64,000 bases of DNA from Mobula hypostoma (Eukaryota): NCBI RefSeq assembly GCF_963921235.1, contig NC_086108.1:13702001-13766000 (forward strand). Reading direction: 5' to 3'. Within the stretch, counting starts at the first letter, position 1, and each line of letters begins with the position of its first letter. Under the pieces are notes generated by a model that saw only the letters and a program-made list of their open reading frames with translations, had not been told where the DNA came from and searched no databases. Below are positions 25,159 to 37,849 of this stretch, piece after piece. Both the position numbers and the translations under genes were made by a program.

Positions 25159-27689
25159 CTGAAAGAAAACATGAAAAGCAAAACTTAAGTTACATTTGAC
25201 AATCACCATCCATATAATCTGGCTCCTTACCACCCAGTCACCTCCCAGTTATCAGTTCAGGAGCGGAGATGTTCAGTGGTACGTGTAGAACATTCAATTT
25301 CAATCACAACCCCTCAGCAAATGAACCAATCCACACCCGCACACAGCAAGTCAACTTGCAGGTATGGTCAATAATTCCCAGGCAGTGACCATCTTGCAAA
25401 AATGCAAATCAAACCGCCAAACCTTGATATTCAAAGGTATTAACATTGCTGAGACCCCACCGACAACGTTCTGGGATTGAGTTCAAAAGTCAAGAGGTTA
25501 TGTCGCAACCTTATAAAATTCTGGTTAGGCCACATCCGGAGTATTGCAATCAGCTCTAGTCACCCCATTATAGGAAGGATGTTGAAGCTTTGGAGAGGGT
25601 GCAGAAGTGATTTACCAGGATGCTGCCTGGGTTAGAGAGCATGTGCTATCATGAGAGGCTGAACAAACTTGGGTCGTTTCCTTTCGAGCGGCAGAGGCTG
25701 AGGGGAGATCAGATAGAGGTTAATAAGGTCGATAGGTTTCAATGAGCTTCCCCTTATTCTTCTGAAGTCCAGGATGTCCCCGGAATCATTCTTTTGAATC
25801 TCGACTCTCTCCAATGCCAGCACATCTTTCCTTAGATAAGGGGCCAAACTTATTCAAAATACCTCAAGTACAGTCTGACCAATGCCTTGTCTCTCTCTCT
25901 ATTCTTCTGTACTCCCATTACTCTCCATGACATTTACATATCAGAAGTAAATCATTTTTATTCCTGGACAGAGTATTATTCTCTAGGGACATGCTGAAGG
26001 ACTCAGTCTCAAACATCAACAGTTTATTCCCTTTCATAGATGTTGCTGAGTTCCTACAATGTTCTGCATGTGTTGCTCTAGATTTCCAGAATCTCTAGTG
26101 TTACTTGGTTTGAAGGGTGTATAATTAAGGACAATTAAATAGGAAAACTAGCTTGGAGAAGACAATGTAGAACATGGAGGGAAAGCCATTGGGATAAGCG
26201 CTGAATGCTGGGAGACCTACAAAAGGAGCTGGGTGTAATAAATTAGCATAAGAGTAAGAGTACTGCAGCACAGAACAGGCTTTTCGGTCTATCTGGTCCA
26301 TGCCAAACTGTTATTCTGTTTAATCCCATCAACCTGCACCATGACCACTGCCCTCCAAACCAGTACCATCCCTGTATTTATCCCAACTTAAATGTTGCAA
26401 TTAAAACCCACATCCACCACTTGCACTAGCAGCTCATTCCACACTTGCACCACCCTCTGAGTGAAAAAGTTCCCCCCAGGTGCCTCTTAAATATTTTACC
26501 CTTAACCTATGACCTCTGGTTCTAGACTCTTCCCAACCCCACAGAAAAAAAGTCTGTTGCATTTACCCTATCTATATCCCTCATAATTTGTATACTTTTG
26601 ATCAAATTTCCCCTCATTCTCCTGTAATCCAGGGAATAAAGTCCTAACCTATACAACCTCAGGTCCTCAAGTCCCAGCAATAACCTTGCAAATTTCTCTA
26701 TACACTTCCAATTTTATTGTTACCTTTCCTGTAGGTAGGTGACCAGAACTGCTCACAATACTACAGATTAGGCCTCACCAACATCTTATACAACTTTACA
26801 TAACATCCCAACTCCTGTACTCGATACTTTGATTTATGAAGGACAATGTGCCAAAAGCTCTCTTTATGACTCTATCAGGTTAACCATATTGTCATCTACA
26901 TTAATGATCTGGAAAATAAGCAACAATAGGTCCAGCACTGATCCCTGTGGCACCCCACTAGCCATAGGCAACCATCGACTACCACTTTATGGTTTCTCCC
27001 ACAAAGCCAATGTCCCATTCAATTTCCTGAATGCCGAGCAATTGTACCTTTCAACCAGACACTCATGGCCTTGCTAATGTTCATGTGGACAACATCAACT
27101 GTCTTGTAGACCCCAAGATGGTGCTATGCTTTGTGGGCAGCTTACAAAACTTCTAAATTTACTTCCTCTGAAGTACTCTCATGCAATCTGCAGCTTGCAA
27201 TTTACCTTTAAATTATGTACTTCTGAACCATCTTAACGAACAAGCGATTTCATGATCTTCTGAAGGACTTTGTGACTTACAGTACCTACAAAGAGTATTC
27301 ACCCCCCTTGGAAGCTTTCATGTTTTATCGTTTAACAACATTGAACTGGATGGATAGGACTGCTGATTTGGCAAAGCCAAAAGGTGCCGGGGGGGGGGGT
27401 GCGCTCTGTTATTTATGATAAACTATTTGAAGTGCTCGGACACAGTGTTCTTGTTGCCCTCGTTTCCCTGACCTGGAACTTCTAATGATTAAGTGCCGAC
27501 TGTTCTACTTACCAGGAGAGTTCTCCTCCATGATCCTGACCGAAGACTGATGTTAGGCAGGCACTCGAAATGTTGAGTGCCACCGTCAGCAAACAAGGAA
27601 AAGCCGAACCAACACTGTTCAAATTATTGTCTGGCTTCTTTGAAGAAATCTTTGCCCAGTTATGATCAATGTATCACCTACAGCACGGC

Positions 27690-30075
27690 TTAAAGTCAGC
27701 ATGGTTTCCTTAAGGCAGTGGTCCCCAACCACCGGGCCACAGAGCATGCGCTACCGGGCCGCGAGGAAACGATATGATTTGGCGATAGGAGTCAGCTGCA
27801 CCTTTCTTCATTCCCTGTCACGGCCACTGTTGAGCTATTACGCATGCGAGGTCATTACCCGCGTGTCATCCATGTCAGCACGGGAACAGGATCAACTCCT
27901 CGAGCTTGCCAATGACGGCGGGCTGAAAAGTACGTTTGACATAACATCTCTGCCGGCATTATGGATCAAAGTCAAGGCTAAATATCCTGAGATAGTCAGG
28001 AAAGCACTGAAAACGTTGCTTCCATTTCCAACGTATCTCTGCAATGAATGCAACGAAAACTAAATTGCGGAATAGACTGGACATTAGGAACCCCGTTCGA
28101 GTATCGCTGTCTCCCATCACCCTTCGATAGGACCGTCTTGTTGCAGTAAAACAATCCCAGGGCTTCCACTGATTCAGCGATTATTGGTGCGTTGCAATGA
28201 TTTTATATGTTCATACGGGGAAAATATGTGCTGCGCGTTTAATATCCAAACGATACTTAAAATGTTATGATGCTATTGACTTATATAACTATATAACAAT
28301 TACAGCACAGAAACAGGCCATCTCTGCCCTTCTAGTCCGTGCTGAACGCTACTCTCACCTAGTCCCACTGACCTGCACTCAGCCCATAACGCTCCATTCC
28401 CTTCCTGTCCATATACTTATCCAATTTTTCTTTAAATGATAATATCGAACCTGCCTTTACCACTTCTACTGGAAGTTCGTTCAACATTTACTTCAAGCTC
28501 CCCTGATAATTGACTTATCACTATATTCATGCGAGGAAAATATGCGCTGTGTGTTTAATATTAAATTCGTTAGATAAACCCTTTTAGAAATGAAATTGAG
28601 TGTATTAGCTAATTATCATCTATATTCCGGTCGTGATTAACACCCCCCTGAACAGAATCGCCAAAAACGATTTGCTGAAAAAAAAAATCGTACACGCATG
28701 CGCGCTGGTGCCCGTGCAAGGCTTCATGGTCATTGTAGTCTCTCTCGGGGTAAACCCAGTGTATTTGACTGCTACTCTTGTCCATTGACAACCCTACTCC
28801 CCCACCCCGGTCAGCCGGTCCGCAAGAATATTGTCAATGTGAAACCGGTCCGCAGTGCGATAAAGGTTGGGAACCCCTGCCTTAAGGGAAAATCTTGCCT
28901 GACGAACAAGTTGGAATTCTTTGAGGAGATCATATATAGCTTAAAGGGGTTGCAGTGGATGGTGTATATTTGGACTTTCAGAAGGCCTTTGACAAGGGCC
29001 ACACATGAGGCTGCTTACCAAGTTAAGAGCCCATGGCATTACAGGAAAGTTACTAACATGGTTAGAGCACTGGCTGATTGGTAGGAGGCAATGAGTGGGA
29101 ATAAAAGGTTGGTTGCCAGTGACTGGTGGTGTTCCCCAGGGGTCAGTGTTGGAACCGCTTCTTTTTATGCTGTATATAAATGATTTAGATGATGGAATAG
29201 ATGGCTTTGCAGGTGATACAAAGACTGATGGAGGGCCAGGTAGTGTTGAGGAAACAGGTAGGCTGCAAAGGACTTAGACAGATCAGGAGAACAAGCAAGA
29301 GAGTGGCAAATGAAATACAATGTTGGAAAATGCATGGCAGACACTTTGGTGGTAGAAATAAATGAGCAGACTATTTTCTAAATGGGGAGAAAATCCAAAA
29401 ATCCGAGATGAAAGGAACTTGGGAGAACAACCTAAAGGTTAACTTGCAGGTAGAGTCAGTGGTGAGGAAGGCAAATGCAATGTTAGCATTCATTTCAAGA
29501 GGTCTAGCATACAAGAACAGGAATGCGATGGTGAGGCTTTATAAGGCATTGCTGAGGCCTCACCTTCAGTATTGCGAACAGCTTTGGTCTCCGCATCCAA
29601 GAACCAATGTGCTGGAATTGGAGAGGGTTCAGAGGAGATTCACAAGGATAATTTTGGGAATGAAAGAGTTGTCACACTAGGAATGTTTGATGGCTCTGGG
29701 TCTGTAAAGGATGGGTGGGGGGGATCTCATTGAAACCTTTCGAAAATTGAAAGGCCTATATAGAGGATGTTTCCCATGGTGGGAAAGTCTAGCACAAGAG
29801 GGCACAGCCTCAGGATAGAGGGGCATCCATTTAAAACAAAGATGCAGAGAAATTTCTTTAGCCAGAGGATGGTGAATTTGTGGAATTTATTACCACAGGC
29901 AGCTGTGGTGGCTAGGTCCTTGGGTCTAATTAAGGAAGAATTTGATAGGTTCTTGATTGGTCACAGCAACAAAGGTTACGGGGAGAAAGCTAGGGAGGGC
30001 TGAGGAGGGAATTAAAGGATTAGCCATGATTGAATGGGCCAAAAAGCCTAATTCTGCTCCTGTCTTATGGTCTTA
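27690..30075 (+). mobile_element. 5'-truncated CR1 (RT to tail) interrupted by the hAT element
   Basis: SQHGFLK|GKSCLTN continuous across the hAT TSD; GVPQGSVL; TCTTATGGTCTTA tail. Confidence 0.85.
27716..28879 (+). mobile_element. Non-autonomous hAT (Charlie/Buster-like) transposon
   Basis: TIRs CAGTGGTCCCCAACC / GGTTGGGAACCCCTG; 8-bp TSD CCTTAAGG (27708-27715, 28880-28887); hAT dimerisation-domain remnant LWIKVKAKYPEIVRKALKTLLPFPTYLC; embedded CR1 tail ~28285-28477. Confidence 0.9.
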
Positions 30076-30828
30076 CACCACCAGGAGATCTAATACACTA
30101 AACTACTGCTATATGACCATAAGGAATGTCTACCTTTCAATCCCTAGATCGCATTTTGGGAAATCTGACCATTTGGAGGATCATCTGATCCTCCTACCTC
30201 CACAAAGGCAGAGGCTAAAGGGCACGGCTCCAGTAGTAAGGACAACAAAGAGGTGGTTGCAGGAGGCAGAGAAGCAGCTGTGGGATTGCTTCTAGTCAGC
30301 AGATTGGACTGTGTTCTAGGACTTATCAGAGGATCTGAATAACAGTTGTCACAGACTTTTTAAAACAGTTGTAGATGAGTGTGCTCCCATAAAATCTTCC
30401 CCAACCAGAAGCACTGGATGAGCCATGAGATCCACAATCTGTTTATGGCCAGATTAATGGCATCCATGTCTGGAAACCAAGTAAAATACAAGAGGTCCAG
30501 GAACAGTCTCCAGAAAGCCCTCTCACATGCAAGGTGGCAATTCCATACCAAATCTGAATCATTGAAGGATGGTCAACAGTTGTGGCAAGGCTTGAATGCT
30601 AACAGCTCCTATAAAGTGAAACCGAGTGAAAAAGGTGACAAGAAGGCTTTGCTCCCAGGTGAGATCAATGCCTTTTATGCTTGCTGTGACCTTCAGAACA
30701 TGGAGGCACAACTTGCATGCCATATCCCTTGCAATGAAGCCATCTGAAAGCAAATTAAGAAAGATACTAGATGATGATACAACAGTCTCGATTCAGAACA
30801 CCATGAACCATTGCTCAACAGAGAACAA

Positions 30829-31390
30829 GCATTGGTGCCAACATCTGTGCCTCTGGTTGGGCAGCATATTGGAACAAGGAAGGACCGGGCTGCTCAGGGG
30901 AAGTGTGGAAATGATGAAAGCAGTGGTCTGACTACAACAGTTTTTGTAGGGAACATTATCTGAGAAAGCCTCTGATATGTTAAGCAGGCAGTGACTTGCA
31001 AAATCTGGCTTAGTTTTAAGCTCGAAGGAAGTTCAAGGAGCTTCAGGAAAGTTATAAGCATTCAGCTTTTGTGAGTATAAAGAACCAGGATCTACTCTGT
31101 GTGCATTAACGTTATTGGATGAACTTTAAGTGAGAAACAAAAAACTGCTTGTAAAAGTAGATGCAAAGACCAAAGGCCAGCTGGATGAATGGAAGGCCAA
31201 AAAGAAAGGAGTCAATAAAGATACAAAACCAGAGGATTTATCATCAGCTGATATTGTGGATGAGGAAACCAAAAGGAGAGAACAGATCGTAGGGGGAGCA
31301 ACGAAAGGATCAATAAGAGAATACTCCAGTGAACTAAATGAACCTTCCCAAGATCAAGATGCACAAACTAGAAGAAAAAGGAAGAAGAAA
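30829..31390 (+). pseudogene. RBM25: RBM25 processed-pseudogene fragment (RRM and flanks)
   Basis: ALVPT...TTTVFVGNI/SEKASDML.RQ*LAKSGLVLS..VQGASGKL*AFSFCEYKEP.STL.AL.LL.EL*V..KKLLVKVDAKTKGQLDEWKAKKK...DEETKRREQ...IREYSSELNEPSQ; +1 frameshift near 30958; stops at 30992, 31055, 31127; no introns. Confidence 0.9.
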
Positions 31391-31949
31391 CTACTCTCAG
31401 AACTACTTCCTGCTGTCTCAGAGTCAACTCCCACAACCACCACAGAGGCCTTAGAACCAGAAATTGTTTCACAGCCACAAGTCTCAACTGCCATGCAGAG
31501 CGAACCCCTTTATCAGTAAAGACATTATTCCACAACAGTAAGAATCATCCACAACAATTAAATCTTTAGGTCTGAATGGGACAATTTAAAATTTACTATG
31601 GTGTGGATATCTGTTTATAGTAGTCGTATTATATAATATACTTTGTATAGAGTTGAGATGTGTTCTCTGTTGAGTTGGATTTTATAGTTAAGCAGGGAGG
31701 AATGTATTTAATATTTCAGTAATATTTGGGTAATCTTGTATATATATTGTTTGATTAAGCATTCTTGTTTGTTTAAATAATTCATTAATGGTTATATGTA
31801 TACGAACATGAATTGCATATACTGTATGTCCTCACACTACCACGTGATACATATGCACCTTGCTTAAAGTAAACATGACGTTAGGCACACATTTTGGACT
31901 CTGTCTTCCCTTGAATTAGTTTAATGTTTCAAAGATACAAAACATAACA
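31391..31949 (+). mobile_element. Gypsy LTR retrotransposon 3' end: pol tail, PPT and LTR (31703-31949)
   Basis: Low-complexity pol tail ending Q*RHYSTTVR (RRYP.R.R-like); purine tract AAGCAGGGAGGAA directly before TGT...AACA. Confidence 0.75.
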
Positions 31950-32900
31950 CCCTCCAGTTCAGGTGGAAACTGTGTACAGGTCCTACCTGCCATGGAAGAC
32001 TGCCCAATGACTCAAAAATGTGAAGCTCTCCCTTCTGCACCATCTCCTAAGCCGTGTGTTAAACAGTATTATCTTCCTATTTCTAGCCTCACTAGCACAT
32101 GGCATAGGTGCAATCTGGAGATCATCATCCCGTCCTTTAGCTTTGCTCCTAACTCCCGAACTCACTTTCCAAGGCCCCGTCAACCTTCCTGCCTTTGCCA
32201 TTGGTACCAACGTATGCACAATCTTTGGCTGCTCACCTTCCCCATTAAGAACGCTATGGACTGAATCCAGGATGTTTCTGACCCTAACACCTGGGAGTCA
32301 ACATACTATCCGGAGATCTCATTCTCATACAAAAAAAAAATCACCTATCTGTCCCTAGTGCTCGCCTCTTCTCCTCCCTTCCCTTCAGTCACAGAGCCAG
32401 ACTCAGTGCCAGAAACCTGAATGCTTGGCTTTGCTGCTATCCAAAACAATATACTCATTATTGAGGCAAACGTCACAGGCATATCCTGTACTGGCTGCCT
32501 ACCCTCTTTCTCTCTTCTGATGGTCGCTCAGTTACATGTCACCTTAGGTGTAACAACTTCCCTGTAAATCCTATCAATCACCTCTCCATTTCCCGTATGA
32601 CCCAAAGGTCATTCAGCTCCAGTTGCAGTTCCCTAAAGTGGTCTGTAAGAAGCTGCAGTTGTATGACCTTGTAGGTGTGGCAGCCAGCGATACCGAAGGT
32701 CTCTCTGCCTTCCCACATTCCGCAAGAGGAGCCCTCCAATGTCCCGACTGTCATTCCCACTGCTTTAACTGGGCAGTAAGCAAGAAAGAAAGAAACTTAA
32801 CAGAAGCTTACCTAAACTTTCACCTCTTCTTGCCAAAGCATCCTGATCCAAAGCCTCAGCTCCCCATTCTAACCCTGGCACATTCTAACAATGGCTGCTC
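31950..32900 (-). mobile_element. CR1 5' region / ORF1 remnant
   Basis: CGMWE...LQLLTDHFRELQLELNDL..IRE; WCRRESFTFLSHW. Confidence 0.7.
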
Positions 32901-33326
32901 CTACAATGGTCGTTTGGTTTAAAACTAACTTCTTTCTATTAGTCCTTGCCAAATTCCTAATTATCCATACAATCTCAAGCTCTGAAGAAAGTCCCAACAG
33001 GTCCCGTTCACCTTCTTAACCTAGCATGTTACTCTCTGCAAGTAACTGTCCTGCAATCGCAAACTCCACAGAAAACCCCAACTTCAATTTTAAATCTGGT
33101 CCACTACTCTCCAAAAGTAATTGTCTCGTGATCTCAAATTCCTGAAAAAAATCAAAAGAATGTGGAATGCTTAGACTAATTTTCTTTTTAAATAAAATTA
33201 AAGCTTCCCTTCTAAAAGTCTCACCCTCACTGAACACCTATAAACCGAACAAGGAGGCAGCTAGGTGTGAGTGACAAGAGAGGCGATTGCAAATAAAAGA
33301 GCAAGACCAGGGAATGGTACACTCAC

Positions 33327-33487
33327 CAAATTCAATGAACGAGTAAGGGCGGGAGACTGTTGGGACTTTCTTTCCATGCTGCTCGTCAAATTCTGCCTGC
33401 AGGTCCTCAAGATACGCAAAAGCCAGTTTTTTTGAATATGATGCATCACATAAGACCAAATAGCAGACACCTTTCTCTATCACATAG
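33327..33487 (-). CDS. SEC22B: SEC22B exon 3
   Basis: acag|CTATGTG...TTTG|gtgagt; encodes [53 protein letters not shown]; 161 nt; phases fit exons 2 and 4. Confidence 0.97.
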
Positions 33488-34457
33488 CTGTAAAAGAAAA
33501 AAATCATGTTAGAGAAATAACTTCTGTTAAGGCAATAGTTCAATGATCATTTAGGATAACACATCTAACACTTCTGTTCCAAATGGAAAATTCCAATCAT
33601 TAACTGCAGCAGAAGTAGGAGACAAAGTTTTCAGATTTGCTCATCCACAAAAGTGTAATTCTTTCACTGCCATCTCATTTCACAATGGATAGTTTATCCA
33701 ATTTAAACTGACTAAATTGTTAAACCACTGCTTATATTTTGTTGATTGCTTACAAATAGACGCTGTCCATGCATTACTGATTATTTATTCAGGTTTACCG
33801 GCATTATCTTACGATTTAGTGATATCAGAATCAGGTTTACTATCACTGGCATGTGACGTGAAACTTGTTAACCTAGCAGCAGCAGTTCAATACAATATAT
33901 AATCCAGCAGAGAAAAAAATAATAATAAATAAAATAAAACTTAATAATAAACAAATTAATTATGTATATCGAATAGATTTTTAAAATGTGCAAAAACAGA
34001 AATAATGTATATTAAAAAAGTGAGGTAGTGTACATTATTGGTCATTTTAGTGCAATGCAACTCAATGTACACAATGTAGTGAGTATTTTATGCAAATTCC
34101 ATGTTCACATGATGACACTGATAAGTTAATTCTGTATATTTCCACAGATGCCGTTTGACCTCCTGGGTGTTGATTTCTTAAAAGTCATCAAGAAGCTTTT
34201 GGAAAATAATGACTACTCTGTGTGTGCATGCATAAACCAATGAATGCTGCGAGTACTCAAGAAATCAGGCTGCATCTGTGGACAAAGAAGCAGAGTTAAG
34301 ACTTTAACTATAAGATTTCTGACATGAATTGTTAAAATTTCTCTTTGCATAGATGATGTCCGAGTTTCAGCAGCATGATCTGTTTTTATTTCTGATTTCC
34401 AGCATACACCGTCTAATTTTCGAACTGAAAACAACATTCCCTACTGTCAGAATTTTA

Positions 34458-35930
34458 CAACAGATTCAAGTTAATTGGGTCATTGGTTAATCAGGATAGC
34501 CACTTATTTAAGACAACTCTTAAAGAACAAAAACTAATGAAGAAAATAACCAGGTTTCCCTTCATTTAGTTGGAACACAATGCCGCTTAATTGGGACAGG
34601 ACACTGTTTCTAACAAGCGCCAGTCACGTGCACTTGTGTGGCTGTTGTGTGGCAGACACTATGCCTTGCTTAGAGCAAACAGTTTTTAAACAATGTCAGT
34701 AGCGTGTGCTTGTGTTACGTTGTCCATTGGGTCGATGGATGAAGATTCAAAAATCAGTGATTTTTGATCATTTTGTTTTGCTTTAATTTTTGACTTAAAA
34801 AAAATTTGAGACCCTTGCCAAGGTGACATGAAAGGATTTGACAATTGCCAAAAAAATTACCCTTCTGGATCAAATTAAAAGTCATCCGCCTACCACTACT
34901 CATCGTCAGCTGGCAGAGACATCTAGAGTGCCGAAATCTGAAATTGCACGCTTGATAGAGGCAATGGGCATTAAACAAGTGACAACAGGGAACATCCCAA
35001 AAATGAAGGTGTGAAGGCAAGATGTTTAAGAGGCCCTCAATGAATGATTTTCCATTGTAACTGGACAAGCTGCGTGTGTCAGTGGACCAATGTTAAAAAC
35101 AAGTCAGAGGAGTTATCTAAGAAGGTCGTCACAGGATTTTAAAGCAACAGATGGTTGGTTGTCTCACTGGAAATGTCGGCACATTAAATTCAAGAAAACG
35201 CATGCCGAGAAAGATAGTGCTAATGCTCTACGTGCAGAAACATGGAAATCGACAAAACTCACTGACTTGCTTCAAAAATTTTGATCAGGTGATATTCACA
35301 ATGCCAATGAAACAGGCCTTTTTGGAAAAAAATCACACCCCACCTGATAGTTCCCTCTACTATAAAGACACAACAATATCAGGTTCAAAGAAAACAATGG
35401 ATTGCAAACTGTGTAGCATTGTTCAAATATGTCAAGAACTGATAAAAAGAAATTGTTAGCTACTGGGAAGAGCGTTAAGCCTCGATACTTTCAGGGGCTA
35501 AGAGTGGATAGTTTACCATTCGAGTACTATGCTAAAAAGAATGCATGCATGACTTCTGAAATTTTAAGTAATGTCTGATGAGTTGGGATATGAAGCTACA
35601 ACGGAAATCAAGTAAAGTTCTTAGGCTTATTGACAATTGTACAGTACACCCTGATTCAGAATGTTTGAGAAACATCCGGCTGGAATTTCTGCCTGCCAAT
35701 CCAACATCCTTAATGCAGTCAATTTATATGGGAATCATAAAAAATTTAAAGATATTATCGCAGAAAACTGGTGAACAACCAAGGGAGAAAGTGCAAAGGT
35801 TAACCTTTTACAGGCAGTAGAGTTTGTCAGTGATAATTGGTGAAAAGTGAGCAGTAAACAATTCAGAACTGTTTTGTATCAGTCTTCACTGGCAACATGC
35901 CAGAAATTCAACAGATAGGGACAGAAGTGA
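34458..35930 (+). mobile_element. Tigger/pogo DNA transposon, decayed transposase
   Basis: CENP-B-type FKATDGWLSHWKCRH; DIHNANETGLF (35291-35323); LIDNCTVHP...LEFLPANPTSLMQ DDE-region motifs; many stops and frameshifts. Confidence 0.85.
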
Positions 35931-36309
35931 GTGAACTCTCTTCCACAGTATCCAAAATATCTTCACGGAGCAGTGCCTCAGAGAGGTGGTGTCCATCATT
36001 AAGGGCCCCCTTCGCCGACGACATGCCTTCTTCTCATTGCTACAATCAGGCTGGAGGTACAGAAACCTGAAGGCACACACTCAGTGATTCAGAAACAGCT
36101 TCTTCCCCATCGCCATCAAATTTCTAAATGGACATTGAACCCATGAACAGTGCCTCACTTTTTTATTATTTCTGTTTTTGCACCATTTTAAATTTAACTA
36201 TTTAACATACATATATACTTATTGTAATCCATATATTTATTTTTTTCTACATTTATAATGTCTTGCATTGTACTGCTGCTGGTAAGTTAACAAATTTTAT
36301 GAGATATGC

Positions 36310-37840
36310 TGGTGATTCATTACTAAGGAGGTGGTGCCTGCAAAGCAATAAGGTCTAAAGGTGGACAAGTCACCTGGACTGGATGAACTACACCCCAGCC
36401 TTCTGAAAGAGGCAGCCAAAGAGATTGTGGAAGCACTCGCAGTGATTCTTGAAGAATCACCACAGTCAGGAATGGTTCCAGAGCACACAACAAGTCTGCA
36501 AATGTCGCTCCAATCTTAAGAAAGGAGGGAGGCAAAGGATGGGAAATTACTGGTTTATTAGCATGACCTCATTATTTAAGGATGAGTCCATTATTTAAGG
36601 AGGTGGTTTCAGGGAACTTGGAAGCATGTGAAAAAACAACCCAAAATCAGCATGGTTTCCTTAAAGCGAGATGTTGCCTGACAAATCTGTTCTAATTCTT
36701 TGAGGAAGTAAAAAGCAGAATAAACAAAGGAGCATCAGTGGATGTTGCTTACATTGATTTTCTGAATGCCTTTGACAAGGTGTTGCACGTGAGGCTGCTA
36801 AACAAGGTAAAAGCCCATGGTTTTACAGAATAGAAACTAGCATGGATAGAAGACCGGCTGACTAGCAGAAGTCAAAGAGTGGGAATGAAGGAGGCCTTCT
36901 CAGGTTGGCTGCTGCTGATTAGTGGTGTTCCATAGGGAGTCTGAGTTGGATCCACTACTTTTTACGTTACATGTTAATAAGCTGAATGATGGGATTGATG
37001 GCTTTGTGGCCAAGTTTGCGGATGACACAAAGATAAGTTGAAGGGTAGTGCTTCAGTTAAACTGGAGAGGAACTAATTTCCTAGCCAGAAGATTCACTAG
37101 TGCCACTTGAGAGAGTTTAAACTAGTTTTTGCAGGGGGATGGGCAGCAGGCTACAAGGTCAGAAAGTGGAGGGATGCAGAGGAAGGTAGATGTCAGGACC
37201 AGTAAAAATAGGCAGGAGAAAAGTAATACATACAATGGGGTGGAAAGGATAAAGTTTGTGCATTTTAATGCTAGGAGTATTATGGGTAAAAATGATGAAC
37301 TTTGAGTATGGCTCTTGCTTGAGATAGGGCCAGGAATGGGTTCTAAATGTCCCAGGGTTTTGATGTTTTAGAAAAGATAGAGAGGGAGGTAACAGAAGGG
37401 TGGGGAGGGGGTAGGTGCACCACTAATCAGGGACAATATCACATCTGCACTCAGAAAAGACATATGGGTAGAACTCAAAAATAGAAAGGGTGCAATCATT
37501 CTGATGGAATCGTATGATAGATCCCCAATAGCCACCTGGACTGTGAGGAACAGATGTGCAGGCAGATTAAAGAAATGTATAAAAACAATAGGGCTGTTGT
37601 TCCTTATATAACTGGGACCTTCTTAGTACAAATGGTTTAGATGGGGAACAACTTGTTCAGTGCATCCAAGAGGGTTGCTTAAATAAATATGTAGATAGTT
37701 CAACAAGAGGGGAGGCTGTAATGGACCTGGTGTTGGGTAATGAGCCTTGGCTAGGTGACTGACCTTTCAGTGGATGAGCAGTTAGGGAACAGTGACAACA
37801 ACTCCTCAAGTTTTAAGAAAGCTATAGATAAGGATCTTGC
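36310..37840 (+). mobile_element. Degraded CR1 fragments (RT 36310-37050; endonuclease 37250-37840)
   Basis: KSPGLD, AFDKV, KFADDTK; FNARSIMGK. Confidence 0.7.
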
Positions 37841-37849
37841 AGGACGCAT

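Larger units (their letters stand above)
27105..30740 (+). mobile_element. Rex1/Babar-like LINE 5' half, interrupted by CR1 (~27690-30075)
   Basis: Endonuclease text PDLELLMIKCRLFYLPGEFS near 27470; resumes at 30076 with TTRRSNTLNYCY...FGKSDH; FPNQKHWM. Confidence 0.7.

Noticed and set aside
31130..31519. 129-aa ORF as a novel gene
   Set aside because: It is the open part of the RBM25 pseudogene fused to a gypsy tail; upstream in-frame stops and no ATG start
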